Source: Histomonas meleagridis 2922-C6/04-290x (Eukaryota; Protista; Parabasalia). Taken from it: a stretch of DNA of 64,000 nucleotides. Numbering within the stretch: position 1 is the stretch's first letter; the number at the start of each line of letters is the position of its first letter. Where the stretch lies: NCBI GenBank assembly GCA_020184695.1, contig JAANOX010000254.1:1-64000 (forward strand), given 5' to 3'. Of the stretch, positions 51,153-61,994 are shown piece by piece. A program made the translations under genes and the position numbers. The notes under the pieces are model-generated. The model did no database searches, had not been told where the DNA came from, and worked only from the letters and a program-made list of their open reading frames with translations.

Positions 51153-52619
51153 ATGGGGTTTGCTTCTCTAGTGTTTGGGCTCTTTTCTGCCATCATTGAT
51201 ATGCGCCCTTCAAGAAGGCCATCACTTAATTCAAATGTTCCAAATTCTGAGATAGAAGCATATTTTACTTCTGCTGATCAATCTCTTCTTTTTCAAAAAA
51301 TTCCAATTAATTTCAACACATACAAGAAGGGAGCTTCTAATGCCGATGTAACATTAAATCCAGATGAAATTTTCCAAACTGTTGATGGATTTGGTTGTGC
51401 AATCACTGGTTCAACTGCATATAACCTTCTTAAAATGGATGAAACAACAAGGCATAATCTTCTTGTTAAAACCTTTGATCCAGTTAATGGAATGGGACAT
51501 TCAGCAATTCGTATTTCTATTGGTTGTTCTGATTTTTCATTAGAAGATTACACATATTGTGATAAAGAAGGTATCGAAAACTTTGCAATTCATGAACTTG
51601 ATAAGCGTGATCTTATTCCAATATTAAAACAAATCCTTACAATTAATCCAAATATCAAAATCATTGCATCACCATGGACATGCCCACGCTGGATGAAAAT
51701 CACTGACCTTACGTTCAAGATTCCATACCGCCTTTGGTTCGGTGGCCATCTTCATCCAAAATATTATCAAGATTATGCAACATATTTCGTAAAATACATA
51801 CAAGCTATGAAAGCTGAAGGTATAAACATTTATGCAATCACAGTTCAAAACGAAGTTTTGAACAGTGGAAATAGTGCCTCACTTTACATGGGCTGGGAAG
51901 AACAACGTGACTTCATCAAGAATGCACTTGGTCCAGCATTTACAACCAACGGCATCAAAACCAAAATTATTGTCTTTGATCATAATTATAATTATGATGA
52001 TGTCAAAAGTCAAGATGGCTATCCACTTCACATCTATGAGGACGCAGATGCTTCTAAGTATTGCGATGGTGCTGCTTATCATGCCTATGGAGGAGATAAG
52101 AAAGAATTAGATCGTATTCGTGAAGCATATCCAGACAAGAACCTTTACTTCACCGAAATTTCCATTGGTGAATGGTCGTATACATTCGAGTCTGACCTTA
52201 TGTGGAATATGCGCGAAGTTGGTATCGGCACATTAAACAAAGGTACAAAGGTTGTACTCGTTTGGAATCTTCTTCTTGATGACCAGCATGGCCCATACCG
52301 TCCAAAAGGCTGTACCAATTGCTATGGTGCCATTGATGTTAATCATTTGAATTATTCCGATATGAAATACAATAGTCATTACTACACAATGTCACATTTG
52401 GCTAAGGTAATAAAGAATGGCGCAGTACGTATAGCTACAAATGAGGGTTCGACAAGCGGACTTTATTATACCGCATTCAAGAACCCGGACGGTTCATTAG
52501 CTTTAGTCGCCCAAAATGATAACAACAATGAAATCGATGTGACTGTCAACGATGGAAAAAAGAGTTTCTCTTTCCCAATACCACAAAAAACAATTGCATC
52601 TTTGAGGTGGAACGATTAA
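51153..52619 (+). CDS. glycoside hydrolase family 30 (GH30_3-like beta-1,6-glucanase / glucosylceramidase family), Bacteroidetes-like
   Basis: DGFGCAITGST, RISIGCSDFS, IASPWTCP.WMK, TVQNE (acid/base), FDHNYNYD, GAAYHAYGG, YFTE (nucleophile), VWNLLLD, GCTNCYG; hydrophobic N-terminus. Confidence 0.9.
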   Translation: MGFASLVFGLFSAIIDMRPSRRPSLNSNVPNSEIEAYFTSADQSLLFQKIPINFNTYKKGASNADVTLNPDEIFQTVDGFGCAITGSTAYNLLKMDETTRHNLLVKTFDPVNGMGHSAIRISIGCSDFSLEDYTYCDKEGIENFAIHELDKRDLIPILKQILTINPNIKIIASPWTCPRWMKITDLTFKIPYRLWFGGHLHPKYYQDYATYFVKYIQAMKAEGINIYAITVQNEVLNSGNSASLYMGWEEQRDFIKNALGPAFTTNGIKTKIIVFDHNYNYDDVKSQDGYPLHIYEDADASKYCDGAAYHAYGGDKKELDRIREAYPDKNLYFTEISIGEWSYTFESDLMWNMREVGIGTLNKGTKVVLVWNLLLDDQHGPYRPKGCTNCYGAIDVNHLNYSDMKYNSHYYTMSHLAKVIKNGAVRIATNEGSTSGLYYTAFKNPDGSLALVAQNDNNNEIDVTVNDGKKSFSFPIPQKTIASLRWND

Positions 52620-53007
52620 AAGTAAAAAAGTAAAAAGGAGGTTTCGTTCTCAAAAAGTAGACACTTTTTTATTTTGTTTTTATCGGCTGAATACAAATCG
52701 TAAATTTTATTTTTGGACGTACGATTAAATATAACACTTTAGCGCTTATTAAAACATTGTTCTTTTGGCATTCGTGTGTTTGTTTTTTTGAGAAAAAGTG
52801 ATTCGAAAAAAATTATATAATTTCATGGTTACTTAGAAATTATTTTTTAATCAAATAGAACATGTGCTAATGTTCTATTGTTTAGTGTTTCGTTCGGTGT
52901 AAATAATTAAGAGAAAAATAACAGAACTTTGGTGTTTAATTTCATATATTAAAAAATAAAACAAAACGAAAACAAAACGTGATTGCTGTAAGCACAAGTA
53001 AAATTGT

Positions 53008-53553
53008 TTATTGTTGAGAAAAGCTATTTTCAAATTTAATAAATTCATCTTGCAAAATATCACCTTCCTGTGGGCTAACAGGCCCTAAAAAAGGAAACAG
53101 AATTGGGTTATATAAAAAAGCCTTTGAAATGTCTTTGAAATAATATGAAACTTCGTGAAATGAATTTTCGGCACCATTTGTAGATATCATCAAATTTGTT
53201 GGGAAGAGTTTGTTTTCCCACCACTCTCTTAGCTTTTGCATTTTGAATGGTCCTTGTATTTTTCCTGTTGGATCTCGATAAAACCAGGCCATTGGTGTGG
53301 AAACTGGAACATTTTGAATAACTGGTTGAGCTGGTTGCGTAGGCACTGTATTAGTGGGGCTTATGTCAGCTTTTATTTTTTTATGGTTTGGTTTGTTAGA
53401 TCGATATTTCAAAGTTTGTTGTTGAAGAAGAGCAGGTATTCTTGGTTCATTTAATATTACCTTTTGTATGCGATTGGCCCCTTCAGGGAATGGGAGATTT
53501 TGGTTAAAAATTGCTAAGAGTTGATCTCTTGTGTACTTAATCGAAGCATTCAT
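53008..53553 (-). CDS. GYF-domain protein with N-terminal eIF4E/4EHP-binding-like motif (GIGYF/Smy2-like)
   Basis: KYTRDQLL (YxxxxL-phi) near the N-terminus; WFYRDPTGKIQGPF..LREWWENKLF is a GYF domain. First ATG is 53553. Confidence 0.8.
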   Translation of the reverse strand: MNASIKYTRDQLLAIFNQNLPFPEGANRIQKVILNEPRIPALLQQQTLKYRSNKPNHKKIKADISPTNTVPTQPAQPVIQNVPVSTPMAWFYRDPTGKIQGPFKMQKLREWWENKLFPTNLMISTNGAENSFHEVSYYFKDISKAFLYNPILFPFLGPVSPQEGDILQDEFIKFENSFSQQ

Positions 53554-53920
53554 TTCGGCTATGCAAAAAGTGCCAACGGTTTCCAAATATCGATTTTTAT
53601 TATAAAGATTTGGATTTCAATCATATTTGCATAATTAACATAAAATAATATATACGGATATGGTTCATAAGAAAATCCAAAAGTGAAATATCATAGAATG
53701 ATCATATTTCTCATCTGGAATTTTTAAAATCAACTTCTATTCTATAACATAGAATTTAATTAATTTAGAGAATTCATTTTTATATTGATTTTACTTATGA
53801 GTAATATCCTTCTCCTTGTAAATACAGAAAACTTTGATATTCCAAATCTTCAAATTAATATTTTCTCATATGACAATTTACAATATATTCTTTTTATTTA
53901 TAATGGTTTTATCTCACAAT

Positions 53921-54856
53921 TTAATCCAATTTCACACCATGAGAACTACTATCTGAGAAGTCATCAACATCATCAAATATATCACTTTTATCATCAAGTT
54001 TCTTCTTTTGTTTCTTCACGAGAATTGGCGGAATATCGCCGCTTCCAGACTCGAAAACTAAGTCATCGCCAAGTCCATATCCATCATTATTATCTTTCTG
54101 TTCATTAAGAGGCTGATATCCTTGTGGATTAAATCCGATATAAAACCATCCACTTAATAAAAGAAGTAAAATATTATACGTGGGTTGAATAACACTTTCT
54201 ACCCATGAAAGCTCTGGCATTTTAATACAAATTGAAGTTGAGATGATATATAATGCAGTGATGATTAGAAAAGTTAAAAATAATTTTGAACGGCGTGATC
54301 CTTCAGCACCTTCATGCGGATCGCCTTTGTACCCAATTATTACGATAATAATGCAAAGAAAAATGATAATCATAAAATTGAAAATGAATGGAAAAATGCT
54401 CCCTTGTAAATTGTTTAAAAGTCTTCGAAATTCAAAATAAGATGGCAACAATGAAACAATTGAAACTATTAAAAAGATTAAGAAACCTGTTTCAATGGGA
54501 TATCGAAGTATTGAAAGTATAATGTAGATTACTGAATCAGATAATGAGCATAACACTACAGTTGCAATTATGATATAAACATTTATGTCATTTTGAATTT
54601 TAAAAACATTCAAGATAAGCAATGATAATAAATATAAAAATGTTGCACCAGATGCCAAAAGAAATACCTTATGATGAAATGTAATTGAAGGTCTATTATT
54701 TCTTATATATACCAGCCATACTAAAGAATAAATTATTGTAACTAGCATTAGAACCAAAATAATTGTCGTGGTAATATTGTTACCCCCCAGATTTCCTTGT
54801 GTTTTAGAGTCTTGATTTTCCTCTGCTGCTGCCAAAGTCAATAAAAAAATAATCAT
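53921..54856 (-). CDS. seven-transmembrane protein with signal peptide
   Basis: Short signal (MIIFLLTLAAA), seven hydrophobic segments, acidic cytosolic tail after YQPL. Confidence 0.7.
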   Translation of the reverse strand: MIIFLLTLAAAEENQDSKTQGNLGGNNITTTIILVLMLVTIIYSLVWLVYIRNNRPSITFHHKVFLLASGATFLYLLSLLILNVFKIQNDINVYIIIATVVLCSLSDSVIYIILSILRYPIETGFLIFLIVSIVSLLPSYFEFRRLLNNLQGSIFPFIFNFMIIIFLCIIIVIIGYKGDPHEGAEGSRRSKLFLTFLIITALYIISTSICIKMPELSWVESVIQPTYNILLLLLSGWFYIGFNPQGYQPLNEQKDNNDGYGLGDDLVFESGSGDIPPILVKKQKKKLDDKSDIFDDVDDFSDSSSHGVKLD

Positions 54857-54875
54857 GTGATATGTAGCAGCACTG

Positions 54876-54905
54876 GACCGTTTGGAGTTCGTTAATATAA
54901 CCGTT
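54876..54905 (-). promoter_or_regulatory. two M3-like elements (AACGGTC, AACGGTTA in gene sense)
   Basis: 20 and 42 nt upstream of ATG 54856. Confidence 0.55.
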
Positions 54906-55010
54906 TTTTATGTGGCTTTTTTTTTTTTTGAACATTAATCAGCCTTATTAATCAAATTGGAAAAAAAATTCTATTGCGTAATTATTTATTAAAAAATTAA
55001 AAATTTATTC

Positions 55011-55661
55011 TCACGAAGAGAAAAAGAAATCATCAAAACAAAAATTCTCATCAATAACTTGTTCAGAATTCCATGTTGAAAACGTGTCATCATTAATAGC
55101 AGGTGCTGAAATTTCCACATTTGCTGATTGGAAATTATTTGTTTCCGGTTCAGTTACATGCATATAATCAATATTTGATTCACATTTTTTTGCTATATTT
55201 TCTTTTGGTATACCTTCTTTTAATGTATTTTCTTTTGGCTCTCTATAAAGTCTTAATGTCCATCTTTTTAATTCTGATGGATGATCTCTGAGAAAAGGAA
55301 TTGTTTCAAAAATAGGCTCTGTTCCAGAAATTTTAGAAACAATTACTCCATATCCCATTTTCTTGAGCCACCCATTTATAGATGATTTGCATTTAAATAT
55401 TAAGCATTTCAATTGTGATATATTCACAGCTAATCCTCCATCATACCGAAAAATTCCACAAACTAAACACCTTTTCCACCGTTCAGTTTCTTCTCTATTT
55501 TCAAATAATTCTATTGCTTGAAGAATATCTTGAAAGTCATCAATGCATTGTTTTCTTTTGTCCTTATTTGTTGGTGCACTTATTGCGTTTCTTATTTCTG
55601 TGTAAATCATTTGGTCGTATTCACTTAGCATATTAAAGTAGTTGATTGCACTTGTTTGCAT
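55011..55661 (-). CDS. initiator-binding-domain (IBD) protein, IBP39-like
   Basis: LSEYDQMIY..IR, F.DIL..I, RWKRCLVCGIF, LAVNISQLK.LI.KCKSSINGWLKKMGY, ELKRWTLR. Confidence 0.9.
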   Translation of the reverse strand: MQTSAINYFNMLSEYDQMIYTEIRNAISAPTNKDKRKQCIDDFQDILQAIELFENREETERWKRCLVCGIFRYDGGLAVNISQLKCLIFKCKSSINGWLKKMGYGVIVSKISGTEPIFETIPFLRDHPSELKRWTLRLYREPKENTLKEGIPKENIAKKCESNIDYMHVTEPETNNFQSANVEISAPAINDDTFSTWNSEQVIDENFCFDDFFFSS

Positions 55662-56106
55662 GAATGTTTATGAGGTCACATGAACTGATTTTTGAGAACG
55701 AAAATTTTCTCTGAATTTCGACGGTTAAATTATCATTGAATACAAAACGACAATATCCAACTGAAATTCATCGTCACTTTTTATTAGAAAAAATTCAATG
55801 CAAATTTAGTCAGTTGAACAAACGCCTAAAACTTGATGATAATTCTCGATAAACCACGTAATAAAATATCATAAATTAGAAATAAATTTATTTCTTTTCT
55901 TTAATATTATCAAATCTATTTTAAAGACTATATAAATATAAAAAAAATTAACAACAGATTGCAAACAATTCAAAATGAAATTTCAAATCAATAATTAAAA
56001 TTATTATAATATTAAATATTATATTATTTATAAATATTAATCAAAAAAAATATTAATTTTTGTTGCGTTAATTTTTATTAAACATACTTCAATTCCATTA
56101 ATAAAT

Positions 56107-58917
56107 TTATTGTGATAGAACAGATTTTAAAGATCCATCTGCATTTTGTTTTAATTTTTCTATCATTGCTATTAAATATTCTTTTCTTTGTTGATAATTC
56201 TGAATGAATTTCGAAGATAACTCACAATATATCTCAGGCGAGTTATCCTTTGAATTCACCTCGTTAACGTGCGCCTTTACAAAAAAGCACAACGCGCCGA
56301 TAAGCTTTGACAAGTTTTCGGGTGCCACGATTCTCCACTTTTTCTTTGGTATCGGCGATATAAACTTATCGTCCATGAAACTTGTGTAAGCGATTCTAAT
56401 TTTATAAGATAGAGTATCCTTAGTTAATGACTTATATAAGGGTGATATATCAATTACCATTTTATATTTCATGATTTCTTTGTTCTTCTTGTTGATACAT
56501 CTATCGGTTTCATTAAAAACTATTAATATGTTCGATTCTTCATTAGTAGTAAATTCATATTTACAAAATGACATCTTAAATGACTTCCCAAGATGTTCTT
56601 TAAATTGTTTATATCTTAATGATTGTTCTTCCTCATCAATATCATCTGATATTATTGCATTTGTTTTAGAATTTAAGTTTGTGACACGTATCGGGAATTT
56701 ACAACTCTTACAATATGTATCAAATTCATCCAAAAACGTTTGAATATTCTCGTTTTCAATTAGCATTAACTGTGGACCTTCATTATAAATTCCTAAGCTT
56801 AAAATAAACGAAGCGGTTTTACTTCGTTCTGAATTTTCGCACTTTTGTGTAAACTCCTCAAACGGTTCGAACTTTTCTTCAAATCCTAAATCGTTTTTAT
56901 GTGAATATTTCGAATTAGCAATTTCTTCAGAAGGCTCTTTTTGTATATCTTTCAATTCGTTTATATCAAATGTTGAAATTCCATAACAACTTCTAACAAT
57001 TAAAGTAATTTTACCATCATCTTCCATTTCACCTAAAGTCAAAATTTTATCTCCCTTTATATAATGTTTCACATTTAATAATTTTTTCATTTTCTCGTTT
57101 GCTTTTTTAGGTGAAATAGAAGGTACTACTAATGTTGATTGTAAAACCTCTGCGAAATCAATAATAGTTTTAAACTTCTTATTAAACAAAGGTAATCTCT
57201 TAATATAATCCAGTATCAAAATAATGTTATTTCTTTCATTATGCATTATTAAATCTTTTCTCCCACATAGCTCGTGTAAAGTTATCAAAAAGGACATTGT
57301 GAAGATTTCGTCGGTTTTTCTATCGTTGAACCAATTCATTATTTGTCTTAATGAACGCGATTGTTGAAGACTGTCTATTATTGCAGCAGAAAAATATGGT
57401 GCCACAGCTAAGACGTATAGCTCATAGATTCTAGCTTGAAGTGAGTTTTTACAGTCTATATGCATTATTAACATTTCGAATGAGTTTCCAACACCTGTTG
57501 AAATTAATAACATCAAAAGTTGCACGCTAAAGTTATTTGCGCGCTCTTCATTTAATGTTAAGAAAGGCGTCGAATATTTAGAGATGTTTGCATATATTAA
57601 ACCTTTAAGTTTATCATTCCCTTCGATGTTTGCAAGCTCATAAATGTTTGCAAATGTATTTATCCAATTTTGATCGATTTTCGAACATGAATTATCTTCA
57701 TTCACATTAAACTTTAACGAAGATATTTTATTTATCAATGGTAAAAGCATTTTATTAAACAGTTGTGGATATTTAGCAATGAAATTAGATGAATAATTAA
57801 ATATGGAAAATATGATAGAAAAGTAATTAAAGTTTGGACTTGTTAATATATAAATAAAATATTTCAAAAATGTATTTAACGATTCATTCGATAATTTACC
57901 ATTAACTATAAGCTTAAATATTAATCGAAAATGATGATAAACATATTCAGAATTAGTATAACTCTTTAAAAAAATACAATCAGGCATAAGATGGATAATA
58001 CTTTCCGATGGTAAATTGGGTTTAAATAATGGATGATTATTATGCCCAGTTTCAAACATCTTAAAAAACTTCATGGTAATATATAAAAATTCAGCTAAAT
58101 ATGGAACATTGTCAGTATAGGACTCATCAACGGAATTAATGAATTTCATTGAATTCAAAATGTAAAATGGCACTTTTCGCTTGTGAGATTCACTGACAGA
58201 ATTTACAAATGCGCGAAGTGTGCTTTGGAATAAGCGCTCCCACTTACGAATGGACATCGGATCATTACGCCAAATGTAAAATAATGATTTGATGAGAGAT
58301 TGAATCTCATTTTGACTAAGACTAGAGTTGATGATAATCGAAAAAAAGGTATCTTCAATGGTTTTAAGAAGCTGGTTCTTTTGATTGGGATCTGAATGAG
58401 GTAATTTATGAATAAAGAAATCAATGCAATTTAATAGACAATTGAGACATTCATTCCAAGTACAATTATCAAAAGGAACTGGATATATTTCATTGGTATT
58501 GGGATTTGGTGATCCGAAAAGTTTACATACAAAATCAATGATATAAATATAAGCCATAAGATTAAACTCTTTAGGATTTTGAGCTTCTTTCTTTTCGAAT
58601 ACGACCGGTAAATTCCGGAAAAAATATTGTAGATATCGATTGTATGAAACTGAATCAAGTATAGCATCTGGTTTTGAAGGATCTACAAACCATCTCGACA
58701 AAATTTCGATTGGTTGATTCTTATACTCAGTATCCGTAAGAGTTAACGAGAATAATAAAATTGGGAAATTAAAAGCAACGTCATCTTCATCAACAAGTCT
58801 TTCTTTTAAATCAGAATTATAAAGAGATCTTACTGTAATTTCTGCGATTGCTTTTGCATCTTTTTTATCAATACATCCGAACATCGGGTGTAATTCCATT
58901 TTTTCTTCTAAATTCAC
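56107..58917 (-). CDS. large helical protein with degenerate Rap/Ran-GAP-like C-terminus (tuberin/RalGAP-like)
   Basis: 936 aa; C-terminal RYKQFKEHLG, ILIVFNE, VIDISP, QQRKEYL resemble RapGAP-fold motifs. Confidence 0.45.
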   Translation of the reverse strand: MNLEEKMELHPMFGCIDKKDAKAIAEITVRSLYNSDLKERLVDEDDVAFNFPILLFSLTLTDTEYKNQPIEILSRWFVDPSKPDAILDSVSYNRYLQYFFRNLPVVFEKKEAQNPKEFNLMAYIYIIDFVCKLFGSPNPNTNEIYPVPFDNCTWNECLNCLLNCIDFFIHKLPHSDPNQKNQLLKTIEDTFFSIIINSSLSQNEIQSLIKSLFYIWRNDPMSIRKWERLFQSTLRAFVNSVSESHKRKVPFYILNSMKFINSVDESYTDNVPYLAEFLYITMKFFKMFETGHNNHPLFKPNLPSESIIHLMPDCIFLKSYTNSEYVYHHFRLIFKLIVNGKLSNESLNTFLKYFIYILTSPNFNYFSIIFSIFNYSSNFIAKYPQLFNKMLLPLINKISSLKFNVNEDNSCSKIDQNWINTFANIYELANIEGNDKLKGLIYANISKYSTPFLTLNEERANNFSVQLLMLLISTGVGNSFEMLIMHIDCKNSLQARIYELYVLAVAPYFSAAIIDSLQQSRSLRQIMNWFNDRKTDEIFTMSFLITLHELCGRKDLIMHNERNNIILILDYIKRLPLFNKKFKTIIDFAEVLQSTLVVPSISPKKANEKMKKLLNVKHYIKGDKILTLGEMEDDGKITLIVRSCYGISTFDINELKDIQKEPSEEIANSKYSHKNDLGFEEKFEPFEEFTQKCENSERSKTASFILSLGIYNEGPQLMLIENENIQTFLDEFDTYCKSCKFPIRVTNLNSKTNAIISDDIDEEEQSLRYKQFKEHLGKSFKMSFCKYEFTTNEESNILIVFNETDRCINKKNKEIMKYKMVIDISPLYKSLTKDTLSYKIRIAYTSFMDDKFISPIPKKKWRIVAPENLSKLIGALCFFVKAHVNEVNSKDNSPEIYCELSSKFIQNYQQRKEYLIAMIEKLKQNADGSLKSVLSQ

Positions 58918-58977
58918 ATATCATATAAAAATTTCACTGAATTATTGAAAGTGATCGGTTTGACACAAGTTTCATAA

Positions 58978-59649
58978 ATGCCTGGAAGGAGAAGAAGTCT
59001 TAAAGTGAAGACAGTCATGTTTTCAAAGGATGTTGTCATCCTCGCAAAGAAGTATTCTCAGCTAGAGAAAGTTACTGGTGTAACTTTGAATTCCGATTTT
59101 CAATCTATGATACAAATACCTAAAACTCATACTTTATCAGATTGGCTCATTGTAAACGCTATAGATTTCTTTGAAAGAGTCGAACTTTTATATTCATCTT
59201 GCTCACTATTCTGTACAGTCGATACTTGTCCAATGTTTAACGCTGGACCTCATTATCATTACTTTTGGGAAGATGCGGATACACCACAGCCAGTGCAGCT
59301 TTCTGCTCCGGAATATTTTAATAGTTTAAAGAGATACATAAAGAGAAATTTCTCAAATCCAAAACTATTTCCAAAAGAAAGCGGAGCTAAACTATCAGAG
59401 GAAGCAATGGAAATCTTAAGAACAACATATAGGCGTCTCTTTAGAATTCTTGCTCATCTTTACATGTGTCATTTTTCATACATCTTAAAATTCAAATTTG
59501 AAAATGTCATCAATACAATATTTGGGCATTACGCTACATTTGCTCTCCAATATGACATGATTTCACCCCAAGATTTGGAAATGCTTCGCCCCGTTTTAGC
59601 TGCAATGAATATTCAACTTCCAGCAGAAGAAAAACCACAACCACAATAA
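58978..59649 (+). CDS. MOB1: Mob1/phocein family kinase co-activator
   Basis: WLIVNAIDFF, FCTVDTCPMFNAG, SAPEYF, LFP, RRLFRILAHLYMCHF. Confidence 0.9.
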   Translation: MPGRRRSLKVKTVMFSKDVVILAKKYSQLEKVTGVTLNSDFQSMIQIPKTHTLSDWLIVNAIDFFERVELLYSSCSLFCTVDTCPMFNAGPHYHYFWEDADTPQPVQLSAPEYFNSLKRYIKRNFSNPKLFPKESGAKLSEEAMEILRTTYRRLFRILAHLYMCHFSYILKFKFENVINTIFGHYATFALQYDMISPQDLEMLRPVLAAMNIQLPAEEKPQPQ

Positions 59650-60022
59650 CTTATTTTCACTAAACAATGAATATTTTAAAATGATTTTGTTTTACTCACA
59701 ATATAAAGTGGTATCCCAACGATAGAATCGAATGAATGAAAAATCATCGGATTTATATTCAAAAACTGAAGTGTTTGGGAAAGCTTTCTTCAGCAAATAT
59801 TCATTAAAATGAACAATAAAAAATTATTACAATCACAATTATCACTTAGAACTTTTTGTAACATTGTTAACCATTAACTATAATTTTTTATTTCAATCGT
59901 TCGTTTCAACATTGTCCCTTAAATTAATGTCCAAAAGCACGTGAAACATTTATCCAAACAGTATATTAAGTGAAGCTTTAATAAAATGTTTATGTGGAAA
60001 GAATTTTTTACTTTTCGCTCCT

Positions 60023-61429
60023 TCATATTTTCATTGCAACCTTCTTAATTGTTGCGCATGCTTCTTTGATTTGTTCCTCTGAATGTGCCTGCGAAATGAA
60101 GACCTTCAATGTTGGCCATCCGGCCTTCTTATCTCTTGCCCTGACAAACTTTGCCTTTGCTAATGCGACAGGTTTTTCATCACTCATACAATCATCACAA
60201 AACTTTTGAAGGAATTCATCTTCTTCCTTAATTGTTTCCTTATGTTGGGTTAAGCTCAAATGAATTATTGGGGAAATTTCATCGCTCAAAATTTTGAAAC
60301 CGTTAATCCCATTCAATTCATTTCGTGCCAATTGAATGTTCGAACGAAGCTTCTCAATGCGTTGTTCGCCATCCTTCTCAACAATTTGAATAGCTTTGGT
60401 TGCGGCTACAACGTTGAAACATGGTGGTGATGCGCTGAAGATGTAGGCGTGAGACGCAAGACGTTGATGCGCACAAAGCTCTTTGGTGGAGACAGAAAAG
60501 CCCCCTAATGATGCAAATGCTGGGCCATATGAACCAATTGAAACTTCGACATAATCGCGTGAAATGTTATAATGTTCGCAAACACCACGTCCTGTTTTTC
60601 CAACAGATCCAAATGAGTAAGTTTCATCAATGATTAAACGAAGGCAAAATTCTTTGCGAAGTTGAACAAGAGCTGGAAGATCTAATAAAGTGCCATCATT
60701 AATAAAAAGACCTTCAGTAATGACCCAACGATTGCATTTGCTCCATCTTGGGAATGTGTTCTTTGCATTTGCAACTTTTTCACGAAGATCTTGTAAATCA
60801 TTATGCTTATAGAAAATTACTTTGGAACGTGTTAATTCGCTACCAAGATGACAAGCAAACCATGCACCATCATCTACAAATGTGATATCACTGTTTTTGA
60901 TGAGGGCTTGGATGATTGATGTTGTTGTGGCAAATGGATAACAATAGTTGACTGTATCTTCAACCTCAAGGAAATTGGCCATTTCTTTCTCGACTTCTAA
61001 GTGTGCGTCCATTGTTCCGTAGAATTGACGTGGTCCACATGCACCAACTGCATATTTGTCAATAGCAGCAAGTGAAGCATCGATGATTTCTTGATTCATG
61101 TTCAATCCATAAAAGTTGGGAGTTCCAAAGTTAATCATTCTCTTACCATCAACTTCGATTGTATCGGAAGGTCCAGATGTAATAGTCTTTTCTGTCAATA
61201 TAGATCGATCAATTTCGTTTTCAGGAAGATCAGGAATAAGAGGCTTTGGCTTCCATTCGGAAATTATTTCGTCTTCTTCGGCTTCTGTTAATTCATCTTC
61301 ATGAATAGGTTCTGGTTTTCGCAAAAGGAGAATAACAATAAGGGCAATGAGGCCAACCTCCACAAAAAGATGCATTGGGGATTGAGACCATATGCTCGAG
61401 ACGAAATGCTCGAAAAATGAGATAAGCAT
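60023..61429 (-). CDS. LCB1: serine palmitoyltransferase subunit 1 (LCB1)
   Basis: N-terminal TM; EIISEWKPKPL, INFGTPNFYGL, YAVGACGPRQFYGTMDAHLEVE, LIIDETYSFG, YIFSASPP. Confidence 0.92.
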   Translation of the reverse strand: MLISFFEHFVSSIWSQSPMHLFVEVGLIALIVILLLRKPEPIHEDELTEAEEDEIISEWKPKPLIPDLPENEIDRSILTEKTITSGPSDTIEVDGKRMINFGTPNFYGLNMNQEIIDASLAAIDKYAVGACGPRQFYGTMDAHLEVEKEMANFLEVEDTVNYCYPFATTTSIIQALIKNSDITFVDDGAWFACHLGSELTRSKVIFYKHNDLQDLREKVANAKNTFPRWSKCNRWVITEGLFINDGTLLDLPALVQLRKEFCLRLIIDETYSFGSVGKTGRGVCEHYNISRDYVEVSIGSYGPAFASLGGFSVSTKELCAHQRLASHAYIFSASPPCFNVVAATKAIQIVEKDGEQRIEKLRSNIQLARNELNGINGFKILSDEISPIIHLSLTQHKETIKEEDEFLQKFCDDCMSDEKPVALAKAKFVRARDKKAGWPTLKVFISQAHSEEQIKEACATIKKVAMKI

Positions 61430-61939
61430 TCAGATGGTCGACGATAGCATTCAAAAAGATACAGATGAAAACCGTAAAATAACCGTTCGAGATTGACAGC
61501 GGCCGTTACATTACATAAACTTCCAACACACTTCACATGACATATTGATCATTCAAATCTGTCAACTTTTTCAGATATCTGAATTTGAACTCAAAAGAAG
61601 TGGTCACTTTTGGAAAAATGTGTTATGACGGCAAGTGTGCATCTGCATTATTTTTAGAATTTTGGATAGGAATGAAAATGTTCACAATAATATGTGTTGT
61701 TTCTGTATCATATTCTTAACTTAAAAAAAATTAATTTCATAAAATTTAAAATTAAAATTACTCGGAATAATCATATTTCGATATAAATATAGACGAAAAA
61801 ATTATTTTATTGATGTAGTGTTAATACAAATGGCACTCCGTTAGTTTATTATTAAGTCAGTAATTTTAAAGTTGTTGCAAAATTTCAATACCGATCATTA
61901 TCGATTTAAACACCAGACTGTAAGTTGATTGCAATATCA

Positions 61940-61947
61940 TAACGGTC
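61940..61947 (+). promoter_or_regulatory. M3-like element TAACGGTC upstream of Rab gene
   Basis: About 48 nt upstream of ATG 61995. Confidence 0.5.
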
Positions 61948-61994
61948 GAAAATTGTATTGAAATGTTTACAAAAAATGACTAAGATCAAGACAA

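Noticed and set aside
51153-61429. Sphingolipid gene cluster (GH30 glucosylceramidase family plus LCB1)
   Set aside because: Separated by five unrelated genes, and the GH30 looks like a bacterial glucanase type.
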